Below, in pieces: positions 1 to 13,721 of a stretch of 64,000 bases of DNA. Below the pieces are notes generated by a model that worked only from the letters and a program-made list of their open reading frames with translations, searched no databases and had not been told where the DNA came from. This stretch comes from Dimorphilus gyrociliatus (lineage: Eukaryota; Animalia; Annelida). Both the position numbers and the translations under genes were made by a program. Numbering within the stretch: position 1 is the stretch's first letter; each line of letters begins with the position of its first letter. Location: assembly GCA_904063045.1 (NCBI GenBank), contig CAJFCJ010000006.1:5224408-5288407 (forward strand), read 5' to 3'.

Positions 1-2083
1 ATATTCATTCACCAATTCCGAGTAGTTATTAAATTGATCAATTTTCATAAGTAAAAATATTAACGTTATTAACACCCCTATTGTGAAAAGATAAGCATGC
101 GTATTTTAGTTCTAATATTTAAATTATTATTGTTAATACTATACATTTATTATCTTCTTCCATATCGTGTAGTTGTTGAATATTTTCAAGTTGACTTTTT
201 AAGATATCAACACTTAATTCAATTCTTTTAAAATGTAGAATAAATAGGTTAGTTAGTATATATATATTATAAACTCTTTAAATGTTATCAATTATACCTT
301 CCCGTTGTAAACTCGCTAAAGATAAAGCCATCGTTTCTTGTTTTTTCAACATCAATTGTAGAAAATTGTAATTGATCATCAACGTATAGCGATAAATTCC
401 CCATACAAATATCATTTACTTGGCATTTCTATATATATTTAATAAATAAGAATAGGTTTAGTATTTGTTTAAATAACGATGGAAAAATTTGGATATATTC
501 TTTTTAATATAATATGTAAAAGTATTACATGAATAATGAAAATGTCATCTTGACTAATATTTATCCAGTTCGTATTGATTAGTTCGTCATTATTTTTAAG
601 TGATAATTTATTTTTCTGTTATAGAAAGAAAATAATTCATTAATAATTAGAATATTATTGAATAATGAAGTTTATTAACACCTACATTAACTGGTTTCGA
701 AAATATAACAATTATTACTAGATTATCGCCTTGTTTGTATGATTGAAGAAAATTCAATTTTAAAGTTGGTGAATCTATAATTAATTATGAAAAAAAATAA
801 TAACATAGTCGATATATATATGAGCATCAGTTTTAATTAGAAATACAACATACCTGGTGTTAACAGCCAACGATAATAAAACCATGCACTTTGGTCGTTT
901 GGATCAGTAAAAAAAGCATTTTGAACTAAATCTAATTCTATAATGTATAGACTATGGTTGAAATCTTAAAGAATTTCTATTTAAGGCATATATATTACCT
1001 GACATTAGGATATCAGATTGAATTCCTCTACTTTGACTGGGATCAGGATATTTTTCAGGCAGTAAACGACTTCGGTACTGCCATGATGAATAATTTGAAA
1101 AATTCGATGCAATTTTGTTACTGGTAAATTCTATTTCGTCATCAGCAGATACGCAACCATTTTTTACAACAAACCTTCTATAATCCCAACAATGAACTAG
1201 TAACGAAATAAAAGAATTATTCTATTCTCGATTGAAAGTATCACTATATTTACAATTTCTTTCATCATATTCTAAGTATAGACTACAAAGATCAAGCTCC
1301 TTTTTCCAATCTGGATTAGGCATATATTTCATAACAAAGCATAAATGATGCCATGAACCATACGATTTTGGATTGACTTGAAGGCAACTTTTAGCAAAAC
1401 GCAGCTCATTTTCGCATAGCTTTTGTAATTCGATCTTATCCCTTGATTTATAGAAAAAGGAATCATTATTAAGGTTGAAAAGGGTGATATTTAAATAAGA
1501 ATTGAAATATCTTACTCGATTTTTTCAATAGCTTTCCTTCTATAGTTCCATAGAGTTAGAAAATCAGGAATAGAAGATAATATACCACCGGTTAATTCCA
1601 GAATTTCTTCATCAAATTCGTTGTTTTTTTTCTAATTAAATTAATTAATTAATTCTTACATATTAAGGAATATTATAATAATATTGCTTAAAAATTACTT
1701 GCAGTATGTAGTACTTTTATTGATAATAATTGGATGCTGATAAATTTTAATCATTATATTTATTTAACACTCACTTTCTCAAAGATTTTCGCTTTAATAG
1801 AGTCTAATTTCTTCAGCTTCTTTTCTCTTTCTATTCTTTTAGCTTCTTGTTGTTCAGCAGTTGTGCGAACTTTTAGAACACCATGCTGTTTTAAGAAAAT
1901 TCATCATTTTATTTTTGTTTAATATTGAGCGAAGATTGGTGAAGTATATAAAGTCAATGTAAAGTTCCGAAATACATTAAAAACATGTATTATCAAATAT
2001 CTAATAAGATGGTAGTATCACTTAGTTACGCGATAGGGATAATGTTTTAATTGTAGACACTATAACAAAAGAAAATATACCAT
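1..2083 (-). CDS. RABGGTA: Rab geranylgeranyltransferase alpha subunit (spliced; 3' end beyond the left edge)
   Basis: Minus-strand exons read M|[26 protein letters not shown], then [35 protein letters not shown], matching the RABGGTA N-terminus (MHGRLKVKT.../LWNCRRE). The ATG (2083-2081) is followed directly by a GT donor, intron 2080-1886. Coding sequence ([13 protein letters not shown]) is still open at position 1. Confidence 0.93.
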
Positions 2084-2528
2084 TTTGCTGTAGGTAATCT
2101 TTGTGTAAAAAAAGAACTTCAGATGTCGCTTTTACCGTTTAAACAGATGAATGTTTTACTTAATAACTTTTTCCAGCCGAGCGCGGATTAATCTATTTAA
2201 AAGCAAATAAATTGAACAGCTTTCATTTTCTAAACACATAAACTAATTTGTTAAACTTTCGTAATTTCGTATTCTTTCTGTGTTAATTTAATTATGACTA
2301 TTTTTGGAAATTACTCGATGGAGTTTTCAAGATAGAACGAATTCCCTAACTTTTCTCAATATGAGTAATTAAATAAAACTATAGTATCATTATCATTTAA
2401 ACTATCCTAGCAATCTTCGATGTTTCAGTAAAACAGACTTCCGTTTTTAAACTATTATAAAATAACTATATTTATTATTTACCGACTGAGCGATATTATA
2501 ATAATTACAAACGCGTTATACTGAAGCC

Positions 2529-4655
2529 ATGCGACCTCAGAAAGGGCTAATGAGTTTTACTATAATATATAGGAGATATCACTTTCTCCGAGCTTCAAAA
2601 ATGTTTCCAATTCTTGGTAGAGAAGGTCCAGATGTTGAAAAAACAATGTCAAATAGCGCAAAAGTTTGTATTAATACAGAATTATCGTTCAAAACATTAT
2701 TAGAAGTATATCAATTTTTTTAATAAGTTGCTAGTAAAACTGAATTGGGTCAAAGCTGGTGCAACTGGAACATTTACGCTTATGCCACCATTGCAAAGAT
2801 CTGTTGATAAACTTTGCAGAATAATAGAAAATGAAATGAATGCTGTAGGAGGTTTGAAAGTTACTATGCCATCTTTAGCTACCGCAGGCATATGGAAGAA
2901 ATCTGGTATAATAATTATAATTCTTACGATAAGATATCTTTAGTAAAATTATTATTCACTAATAAATTAGGTAGATATAATGATATGGGCAGTGAATTAT
3001 TGAAGCTAAAAGATCGCAATGAAGCTAATCTCTGTCTCTCTCCCGTATGTTAGTAATTTCTCATGATTTTTCATATTAAATAACTTCTGTTCATAATAGA
3101 CTCATGAAGAAACAGTCACATCATTAGTTCAATCATTATCACCAATATCTTACAAAAATTTACCAATTAAACTTTATCAAGTAAGTATTGTGACATAGAT
3201 AATAAACAATAACAATATATATTATTATAATTTAATAAATTAAATAGATTGGTCCAAAATTTCGGGATGAAATGAGACCGAAAAATGCTTTATTAAGATG
3301 TAGAGAATTTCTAATGAAAGGTGAGTGAATCTTTAATAATAATTCTATTAATTAATTGTTATAATGATATTCTCATCTTCAACTAGATTTATACTCATTT
3401 GATGATAATTTGGAAAATTCTTTAAAAACCTACAAAGATCTAAATAAAGCATATGAAAATATATTCAATAGGCTTAATTTAGACTTTTTTAAAGGTAACA
3501 TTTAATTTACTAAATTATTAAAATACTATACTATAGTAAGTAATAATAAATATTCTGTAAATAATGCTATAGTTCAAGCTGATACTGGTACAATGGGTGG
3601 ATCGAGCTCTCACGAATATCATATTGAATCACCGATTGGTGAAGATACGCTAATTCTTTGTAAAAAGTAAAAATTATTAATATAAAATATTGTTAAGAAA
3701 TTCTCTTAATCAATTAATTTTTATTCCATATTTAAAAGTTGTGGAGAAGCGTTTAACAAGGAATTAACTGTCGATGATGAATATATAAAGAATTGTAGAA
3801 AATGCGGTGAAAATGTTAAAATAATAAAAAGTATAGAGGTAAGAGAAAAGAGAAAAAGAAAGTAGAATATACTTGTATTTAGAATATTTGTATACTATTT
3901 CATTTCAATCTATCTTCAATAAGAGAGGTTTTAAAAATCTTTTTCATTTAGATCGGCCATACTTTCCTTCTAGGAACAAAATATTCAGAAACTTTCAAAG
4001 CTAATCTTATAACTAAGGAATCTAAAAAAAGGTACTATCAGCAATAATGCTACCGTTTTAATAATTCATTTGCGTTTCCAATAGTTTAATTGTAATGGGT
4101 TGCTATGGTATTGGGGTAACTCGTTTAGTATCGGCTTGTATTGAAGTTTTATCAAGTAAAAATCAACTACGATTACCAGAATTGATTACTCCTCATCAAA
4201 TATGTATTATTCCCCAAAGAGTTTGTCAAATTCTTTATTTTTATCATCTTGCTCACTATACGTTTATTTTTACTATTATTTAGGAAGGTTATAAGTCTGA
4301 TATTACTTTGAAACAATCTGAAGATATTGCAATTAACCTTAGCCAATTAGATAATCTCAAAGATTATGAGGTTGTGCTGGACGATAGGCTGTCATTATCA
4401 ATTGGACAACGAATAAAAGAAGCATCAAATTTCGGCTATACATTTGGAATTGTTGTTGGAAAAAGTGTAAGTTAATCATTCTACAGTCAAATTAATAGTA
4501 ATTAATTAATCACGATGATACATTGTTGCTATTTTCATTATAAGGCTTTAGAAGAGAATCCAAAATACGAAGTTATTGATTTTAAAAATAATGAAAAGAA
4601 ATTAATGATAAATGAGGAAATAACAAATTTGGCTAAACATATTAAAACTGTATAA
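2529..4655 (+). CDS. PARS2: Mitochondrial prolyl-tRNA synthetase (multi-exon)
   Basis: Exons encode GTFTLMPPLQRSVDKLCRIIENEMNAVGG, LSPTHEETVT, KFRDEMRPKNALLRCREFLMKD (class II motif 2), QADTGTMGGSSSHEY, EIGHTFLLGTKYS, MGCYGIGVTRL (motif 3) and an anticodon-binding domain (VLDDR...IVVGK). The start codon is uncertain; the basic N-terminus fits a transit peptide. Confidence 0.92.
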
Positions 4656-4917
4656 AAAAAGCAAAAAGATGAAACAACAAAGTATAATTAATTGGAAAAA
4701 TACGCTTCCACGTATCAATATACAACGATTTGTATGGAACATTTTTGATTTATGAAATGTCCAATTTTCTTAATTTGACATTATTTAATAAAGCATTTTT
4801 TTAAAAAAAAAAATAGATACGCATTCAAGTAACATAGAATAAAAAACGGAATAGTAAAAACGAATGATATACTGTATAAATACATATAAATGACATAAAA
4901 AAAAGAAATTGAGCAAA

Positions 4918-7175
4918 TTAATATGCATCCTTTCTCATCCGTTGTCTTAGTGTAATGCACATTCCTGCTATTACTATTAGAATTATAATAGCTACAGCAG
5001 ATAGGCCAAATGTTGCAGCCCTGTATTCGACTAGAGCTCTTAAAGTTGGTTGAGGAGTTGTTGTAACTATAATAAATAATAGTTGTATATATTATAAAAT
5101 GTATATATTAGTATTAATAAGATGAAATATTCGGAAAATGCGCTTTAAAAACATACTTGGATATCTAGCTTGCAGCGTTGGAAAATAATCTCGCCAGAAG
5201 GAATAGTGCTTCTGCCTGAAGTTTATTCCCATCCATGAATGTTCCTCGATCATTAGATATGATAAATTATTAGCAGCGAATGGATACCATGTTGTATTTC
5301 TTGAAATATGGACGATAGGTTGAGAATAAATCGAAAAATTTGCCCACATTTCTATCATAAAATTAGATATATTTTTATCCAACCAGGTCCAGTCAGTTTG
5401 TTCGGTAAAAATATTAGTTAAATTGCCCAGACTTTCATTAAGATATGGATATCCCATCAGATACTCAACGTCTCTACCAACTGGTACTCCCATCCATTCG
5501 GGTTTTGAATCAAATTCAGTCTTGTATTTGAATATATACATATAAACTGGAATATTAGGATATCTTTTAGCATGATCTTTTAGTACTGTATCCATACAGT
5601 AGCCGTTGGTAAAATCCGACCACATGTCAATCAAATTTTGACGAACAGCAGTTACATTATTGGGATTCGGCCAATATGTATATTCGAATTCAAGTGCTCT
5701 TACAAGTTCTTCAAGATTTCTAGTATTCCTCCGCCTACCAAAATCGTAGAGGATATCGCGAAATGAAAACATATCCAAGCCTTGTCTTATATCAACTTTT
5801 GGAAAATTTTTCAATATATTCTCGACATGAAAGGCTCCCTCGTCAAAGTTCATGCCCATTATTATTGGTATTTCTAAAACTTTCCCCTCTTCTCTTAATT
5901 TTTCGGGAAAATCCGGTAAAATTCCATCAGGTCCATCAACAGTAGGTCCAAATGGTCCCCACAATCTACCGTATTTTTTTCCAATGTAAGATGTTGCATT
6001 TACAATTTCGTCGTAATGTTTATTACGAAGACACTCGACTAAACGATGAATGGGAAGCGAAAAATCAGGATCGCAACCTACTAATTTACCAAGCTCTCTC
6101 GTATATTCCCTAGGAGAATTCATCCAATATCGCCTATGCATGCAAAAGACAAGACTTTTATTAGCTTAAAAGAAATTATCATAGTGGAATATACCTCATA
6201 ACACTCCATTCACAAGCGTCACTTCCAGACATCATAATGGCTTTATGAAATTTTGGTGTTTTGTCTCGTAAGAGAGAATGAGGAGAGAGCATCAAAAGTG
6301 AGACAATAGCAGCACCAGAACCAGAACCAACAAGGTTAATATTGCTTTCATCACCGTTAAAGTGCTTAATATGTTTCCTGACAAATTCGATCAACTTAAG
6401 AACATCCCACATGCCATAATTTCCTTCAGAATTCTCATCGTCAGTTGTCAGGAAACCTAGAGCACCTAGCCGGTAATTAAACGTTACAACTAAGACTCCT
6501 TTCTTTGCCAACATGTGCGCAGGATGTTGCATAGAATCGCCTCTAATAAAGTCCTCTCCATGAACAAATATTAATATTGGGAATTTTTGTTTTCTGCTAA
6601 TAGAGGTCCAATCGCTAAACTAATTATAGCATATAATTATTAATTATTAACTATTGTATATTTACACTTACATTTGGTTGGAATATATTCATATACAGAC
6701 AATCTTCAGATGTATTCCTTGGGAGATAATATTTTACATCAAGTTCTGGTATTGGTTGAGGACAAGCTGGACGGTAGAATGAAGCATCCCAATCGCCATC
6801 TATTCCCCATTGGAAGAGAACATCTTCCGGCTTCCTAAATCTTAAATTTTCATTCTCTTTTACCGGTGGTCTTGCATAGGGTACACCCAAAAAGAGATTT
6901 ACGTATCTGCTAACCCACCACCGATCCCTTTCGTGCACCCACATGGACCTGCCAACAACTGCTCCAACGTTTTCTATTCTTACTCTGATTGGATCGTAAG
7001 GAAGCCAGGGCCGCCATGGACAACTCGGGTCATCGCATCTTTCAGGTAAAAGTTCCCAGTGCGCGGTCATACCTTTTTTTAAAATTCTTTTGTCATCCCA
7101 ATCGGGATACCATTGGGGATCGGCTTGCGATTGAACCATAGGAGTAATAATAGCAATGACCAAAAGCCATAGCAT
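4918..7175 (-). CDS. Neuroligin-like non-catalytic cholinesterase-fold type I membrane protein (4 exons)
   Basis: Signal peptide MLWLLVIAIITPMVQS; carboxylesterase motifs FLGVPYARPP, SEDCLYMNIF, VTFNYRLGALGFL and GNYGMWD. The nucleophile elbow reads GSGSG (Ser absent) and the His site reads MGVPVG. The last exon (about 5068-4918) encodes a TM helix (AATFGLSAVAIIILIVIAGMCITL) and a short tail RQRMRKDAY*. Confidence 0.88.
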
Positions 7176-7437
7176 GGTTATATATGCTATACAAATTTAC
7201 CTGAAAACTTTGTTATCGTCTACCTGCGATTTGACGGACTGACTAAATACCGGTAAGAGTTGAATTGTAAAAGAGCTTGTATTCAATGGCAATATTTATA
7301 TACATTTTAAAGAAAGATAAAGAGTATTTTTGCTTTGAAATCCAAATAAAAAAATTAACAATTTATAAAATCTTACATATTTTATATAATAGATTACAAA
7401 GAACTGTACATTTGAAGATTTCCTTTTGTTGCAGTCG

Positions 7438-9067
7438 TCATATTTTAGCATCTTTTCTTTTATTCGACTAATAATAGATCGTGAGAAAAAAAAGAGATAA
7501 ACAGAATAATGAATAGCATTCATTATATGTATTAATAATAAAATAATCCTTTTACCTTGTGTATCGACGGTAAAGGATCTGTAAAAGTTATATCATCATC
7601 CGCAACATCAGTCAGATCGCCTTTAAGTTTGTCTCTGAACAATTTCAATGCCTTGTAATATGGCAGCTGAAAAATAAAACAGTTTTTATTATAAGCAGTT
7701 GTCATTAGGGAAACTGGAAAAGGAGATACGTGTTTAAGTAAAATGATATTTTCATTACTTTGTCAATAGCTCTCGGTAATTGAGCAAAACGTGCGCTTGA
7801 AGATGGCATGACAAAAATATCCTGTTTAAGTATTCATTAAACTATATTAACTCAAATATACGACTATTTATAGTGAAGAAGGATAAATCTTCTTACAGTT
7901 TCTGGACAGTCTGGAAAGTGTTTTGGTTGTTTGCCTAAGTGAATTTTCTTATTTCCGCTAAAAATTTCGTAAATTCCTGTTTCAACATTCATATTAGTAG
8001 ACGAATATGGTTGTTTGTAATATACCTTTTCCGTTAAATACTGCAATTTTAGGCTTATATTTCAAGACCTTTTCCTTTAATTTTTTCGCCCCTTCTTGAA
8101 CTTCACTCCTAAAATAAAATAAAACGATAAAGCCGATATATTTTCTCCTAAATGTTTAGCAACCAATTAGGATATTTCACATACTTTTTTAAATCGGCAA
8201 AACTTTTTGTTGTTCTATCAACAATATTTGTAAAACCTATCCCAAAATCAATGAGTTTAAAGTCATCATAGGCTGTCATTTGAGTGGGAGTCAAACCGGA
8301 AAGGAACAAACACTTCCCTAATAAACATGGTATATTAGAGGAATATTGTTAACATTATAAAAAAAAGTGGGTTATAAATACAGAAGTGATTTCCAGGCCC
8401 TGCGTAATGATGTCCAACATGAGCAGCTTTGAGACCAGGATTTATTCCAATCTACGAAACAGCAAAGGCGCGTTAAACATTTATACTATTTATTGTATTG
8501 ATCAATTCTTACGATTAATATGTCTAAGCCATAAGCCAAATGATCGGGTAATAACTTTCTCATTATCTCTTCCTCGGATATACCATCAAATCTTCCGGTT
8601 TTCTTTTGTCCACTCTTTCTCATTTTAGATGACTTTTTCGCAATAGGATGACAATCTTCAATTACTGCTAATGGTTTCTTAGACTCTTTCTTTTCTTGTT
8701 CTTCCAGCCAATTAGTAAACTTCTTCTTCCTAGTTACGTATCTTGTTTGATCTTTTAATTTATCTGTTTGTAACTCATTATTGATATTGTCTTTCTCATT
8801 ATTGATCATAGAGTATGTGGAGAGTTTCTTTTTTTGCTTTCTTTCGTAGGCTACCTGAAGGTTTCTTTGTAAAAGTTCATTAAAATTTTTAGAGGATATG
8901 GATGTGCTCATAGGCTTAACTGTGTCTATAAAATACCTAGACTTGTCTAAATCTGAATCAACAGTTTTATTAGTTGTTTTTTCGTTTGAACAGCTACTAT
9001 ATACATTTTTACTGTCAGCTATATTGGGAAATTCATGTTTTATTGTTTCAGTCTTTAAATGATCCAT
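7438..9067 (-). CDS. TDG: G/T mismatch-specific thymine DNA glycosylase (multi-exon)
   Basis: [15 protein letters not shown]|[23 protein letters not shown] (catalytic Asn motif intact), [29 protein letters not shown] and FVMPSSSAR. The last small exon (SNKRKDAKI*) is less certain. Confidence 0.93.
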
Positions 9068-9553
9068 AGGAGAGTTTGGTCCTTTTTTTTATAATAGTTA
9101 TTTTTGTGGAGAGCAGTACACCAGAGAATCTTTCTGTTGATGAAAATATCAAATTATAATGTTATTAAAACAAAATGAGCTAAAAGAAATGTTTATTACT
9201 CTTTTTTTTTATTCTCTGTATAAACTCAATTATTTAAATTTCAAATGTAACGTAAATTTTACAATTATATAGTAGTATTTTTTTACATAATTCATATTTA
9301 TATGCAAATATAGATTTATAGTATGTTTACAAAATTTTCAACGTAAATAAATAAACAAGTCATATTATCGCTCAATAATATTGGGCTTTTTAATAGCTTT
9401 AACAATAATTTTTCACAATTACGCCGAATAATTTCATAATTTTATAAATAATAATGTAGAAATTGCATAGAATAAGCAATTTAAGCAATACAAACTTTGG
9501 TAAATGCGAAATTAAACTTTACTCATACAGATGGTATCAAAGAAAGAAGTGGA

Positions 9554-9577
9554 GGGGGGAGCTGTGGGGAGGGAGGG
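9554..9577 (+). other. G-quadruplex-forming motif (C-rich tract on the minus strand)
   Basis: GGGGGG-AGCTGT-GGGG-A-GGG-A-GGG fits the canonical G3+N1-7 x4 pattern in otherwise very AT-rich non-coding DNA between TDG and FAM20B. Confidence 0.55.
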
Positions 9578-10447
9578 ACCGCGTAAAGTGTGGACGAAAG
9601 ATGTATAAAAGAATAGTGGCTGAGGAAAAAGAGATCCTTAAGCGCGTAATTAATTAACTTTTTAAGCTGTACGGATAATGTTTTATTTCTGATATCATTG
9701 ATAAAAACTATTGAAACCTGTTAACAAGTATATATCTATATTTATAACTTGCAACTACGTCAATTAACGATTATATTACTTTTTATGCCCTCTTTCATGG
9801 TTTTTATCCATTAAAATCAAAACTCGATTGCACTTATATTCTGTAAAACGTGCACACATACATACTGCAAATGTACTGTACACTACTATATAAGCATACA
9901 GTTGTCATACATACTTAGTTCATTATGCTGTATAAAGCATCATTTTTGCTTTATTACAAAGAGTAGGCCTCTTTTCTCAAAAAAGGTATAAATATATATA
10001 CATATACACAGTTGTACTAGACATAAAAATGTTCCGGTGCTTGCACTATAATTGTATGAGCTAATAATATAACTTTCCATGATAACAAGAAAGCACTTCA
10101 CAATTCAAATCATTTCTTTTTCATATTGCGCTTTTGAGCTCTTTGTCTTAAACAATAATGCTTGCTGTAGAAAAGTATTATATATCTTTGGTGAAATTGA
10201 CTTATTTTTGTGTCTAAAATATGAAAAGAAATAATTTACAGTATTCTCTCTTTCTGCTAAAGCACTTTTCATATACAAATTATAAAAGAGACATAGGAAC
10301 AATAGTAGTTTTATATTTCAAACAGAAATTTTGGTTTATAAAACGTAGAAGTTAATGATTTAATATTTAAAATTTGTCCTAATAAATTGAACAATTTTAG
10401 ATTGGAAGAATGTTAAGATGAACATTTTTTCTTGTTTATTAATTACA

Positions 10448-11937
10448 TTATTCATCGACTAGAATATTCATTTCTCCGTATTGCTTCATGCACCAATGGG
10501 CTTTATCCATAACGACTTTTAGACGGCGATCTAAGGCTAAAAGATGAGGCTGTGTTAAAACTGGAGCCAAAGGCTCTAATTCCATTACGGTTTTTAAAAC
10601 TTCGCTTAAAACACCATCCGTCAACATCTGCAATCGCTCATATGTAGATCTCCTTAGAAGGCAGCATTGAGTAAACGGTGCTAAAATTGACAATTCATCT
10701 TCAAAAGGATTTCCGAAGCTCTTGCCATTGTCTAGTATAATGAGCATACTGTTGTTAATATTCTTAAAAGTTTCGTATCTGTTTCATAGCATAACGATAG
10801 AAAAAAGAGGAAATGACTGATTTCATTGAAAATTACTATACCTATGCCTATCAGCATTGCCGACGAGAAAATCTAAAATGCACGTATCCATTATATCTAA
10901 CAGTCGAGGTGGCTTGTCATAAGGAGATGTGTTTTTGACAAATGTTCTACAATAGGAATCATCAGTTTCCCATCTCATTCGTCTTCCTTCTTTATAAGAT
11001 CGTCTCCATGGATGTTTCCATTTTTCCAATGTAAGCTTTTTAGGTAGCCATAATATGACAACTCCTTCTAATTTATCTCCCTGGGCACAGACTCCGTCAT
11101 CTGGTCCTTTGCAGTAAAGGCATTTACCATAGAAGCATAAATTGCCTGTTGATAAGATACATGTACGTTAGAAATGATATAAATTAGATTATTGATTTTT
11201 TAAAAATGCATTTACACAGCACTTTCAAAAGGCTATTTATTCAACAGTAAACTTATTTACTTACCTTCTCTAGTAAAAAATGTGTTTATTAATCTAGGAG
11301 TAGCGACGCTTTTAATTTCATTTCTTAAGTCTATTGTTCTACCAACTACAATTGGCACCCTGGAAAAATTTAAAAGCCTGTTGAGATGAAATGCGGCTAC
11401 TTCTGCATTATGCCTGTCTCTGCCAGCATAAGGCTCTCCAGTTACCAGAAAGTCTCTTGGATACCACCTTGGCTTAAAAACGGCAAGTTGACCTCCTTCT
11501 AGAAGAAGGGTTATTTTCAATTGCGTTCCGCCGTAGCCAAAATCAGCTTTAACAATTGGAGCACTACTCAGATATCTCAGAACGCTAGATATTAACGGAG
11601 AACTTTCTGGGTATAACTTTCTAGCAGACACCCATTTCTCAGCTACATGCCAAATATTTTCTTGTATAGGCGAACGCCAGTCAATACTGTATTTTTCTAG
11701 TAATGAAGAGATTCTCTTCTGTCTGTCATTACCCGGCGTCTCAAAACGTGGTCTGTGCTCTTTAATAAAATTCACATCTTCATAATATTCAGATGCTTCT
11801 GTAATTTTCTTTGGAGAGTTTTCTACTTCATCAGTCCATTCAGTTTGATCATTACCAGAGAGTATTCTAAATGAAATATATCCAATTGAAAACAATGTAC
11901 ATATTACAAAAATTAAATGTTTATGACGCCGTCTCAT
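10448..11937 (-). CDS. FAM20B: FAM20B-type Golgi glycosaminoglycan xylosylkinase (4 exons)
   Basis: N-terminal type II membrane anchor; GGTQLKITLLLEGGQLAVFKP, GEPYAGRDRHNAEVAAFHL, GNLCFYGKCLYCKGPDDGVCAQG, LLDIMDTCILDFLVGNADRHRYE and ILDNGKSFGNP. Confidence 0.92.
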
Positions 11938-12379
11938 GGCGCGAAAATAAAGTATCCGTTAAAATAGTATTTGCGTAAGAGCCAACTCTGATGGAACAGA
12001 TGATGATATGAAAAGTTTCATTGATTAATATTTAACAAAGCACTTTTAGCGATATTTATCTCTCTGATTGAGCGCCTGCCGTACAGAAATGTACATTTAA
12101 GCTATTCAGGAAAATGTTAATACAACACTCTTAACACCATCTAGTGTGCTTAAACTTTATTTGGTCTCCTCCTACAGTAATTATTACATAATGTATCTCT
12201 AAAGTAAATGTTATTGTCTAATTAAACAATCATGATAGAGAATCTTATGAAGCTTTTGTAAAAGAAATCTTTACAAATTATCCTAAAAGAAAAAGCTTGG
12301 AAGAGTTGTATTTGACTCTTGAGAATGTTGGAAAAAACAGCCAATAGAAAAGGAACATTTTCTATTTCAAATAAACAAT

Positions 12380-12847
12380 TTAATTAAAATGTCCTCCTTT
12401 CTTTTCTTTAGCTTCGGTATAACTTTTTTCCCAGTTTAAACCGTCAAAATGAACAATATTCTCCTTCTTAATAGTTCCTGAATCTATACAATGAGGCATA
12501 ATTGCAACACTTGTTTGATGAGAACGAGAATAATAGAATGAATGAATTCCACATTCCTTGCAAAAAAGATGACTGGCAGTACCAGTGTTGAATTTATAAG
12601 TTGAGAGCTTATCTTCACCGCTCAATATTTGGAAATTTTCTTTCGGAACCATAAAATGCCATCCTTGTTTCTTGACACAAATCGTACAACTAGTAAATAA
12701 CAATCAAATTCAATAAATCTATCTTTTCACTTATAGACTGGATTTTTACTTGCAATGGAAAACGTCTACAATTTCCGGAGCTAAAACTTCGAAAGTAACG
12801 GCTTTACAGTGGCAACTACCACGATGTTTTACGATTTCTTTATCCAT
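12380..12847 (-). CDS. CENPV: CENP-V / GFA-family zinc-binding protein (2 exons)
   Basis: Exon 1 MDKEIVKHRGSCHCKAVTFEV...VFHC, exon 2 CTICVKK...HLFCKECGIHSFY: the GFA Cys pattern CxC / CxCxxC / FCxxCG. Confidence 0.88.
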
Positions 12848-13721
12848 TTCCCCGCGTAAGAACTGTTTAAATATATATCTTTAGCGTTGTAATAAATATT
12901 AATGCATTAATATTTAATAGCTTTGATCAAACTTAGTTTCTACAAATAATCCCACTTGGAACATCAATCCAATTCAGTTTGGTGCCGAGAGATATCTTTT
13001 TCATAAAACAATACTAAATTATTCAAATCTTATATTTATATCTTTTATTGCAATCTATTTCTGTTTTCCTCTCTAGAACTTAGGCTTTTTTAAGACAGAT
13101 TGTCCCAAAACGTATGAATTGAGCAGACGAAATATTCGCCATCTTTAAAAAAATTGAAATTTAATGACTCACATCCAAGAAACTGCATTCACTTCAAATG
13201 GTAAATTTAAAGCGAAAAGCATAAATATATAATCTGCAGGATTAACAACTATAAAGTAACAACACATTTATCTACTTTGGATATAAGGTATCTCAAGAAC
13301 AATTTAATGAGTATCTTAATTATTTACTAAACTTTTAAGGAGATACTACTATACTCTCATCAACTTAATACTGCTTTTAGGAAAAGTATAGATTTGCTCA
13401 AATATAAATGGATAAAGAAAAGAGATTAAAGAGAGCAGAATAATTAATTTTCAACTAAATTTCAAGCAAAAATGCTTCCATTATTTAAAACTAAAAGAAA
13501 ATAAAATACACATATATAACATTTAAAGACAGCTGTTTTATTTACATAATTTTCCTAAGAACACTGATTTATTGTTTCGAAAATTCCTTGTTCTTTTGTT
13601 TGTCTTCTTTAACTAATAAAACAAAAAATCTCTTTCTATGAAATTAATATAATGGAGCACAAAATATTTTTTCTTCTAATATTCTCAATGAATAAATCAG
13701 TAACAGAAAATATCATTTTCC

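Noticed and set aside
9463-9657. 65-aa ORF over the G-rich patch
   Set aside because: Starts at TTG, has no family motif, and exists only because the purine-rich tract lacks stops.
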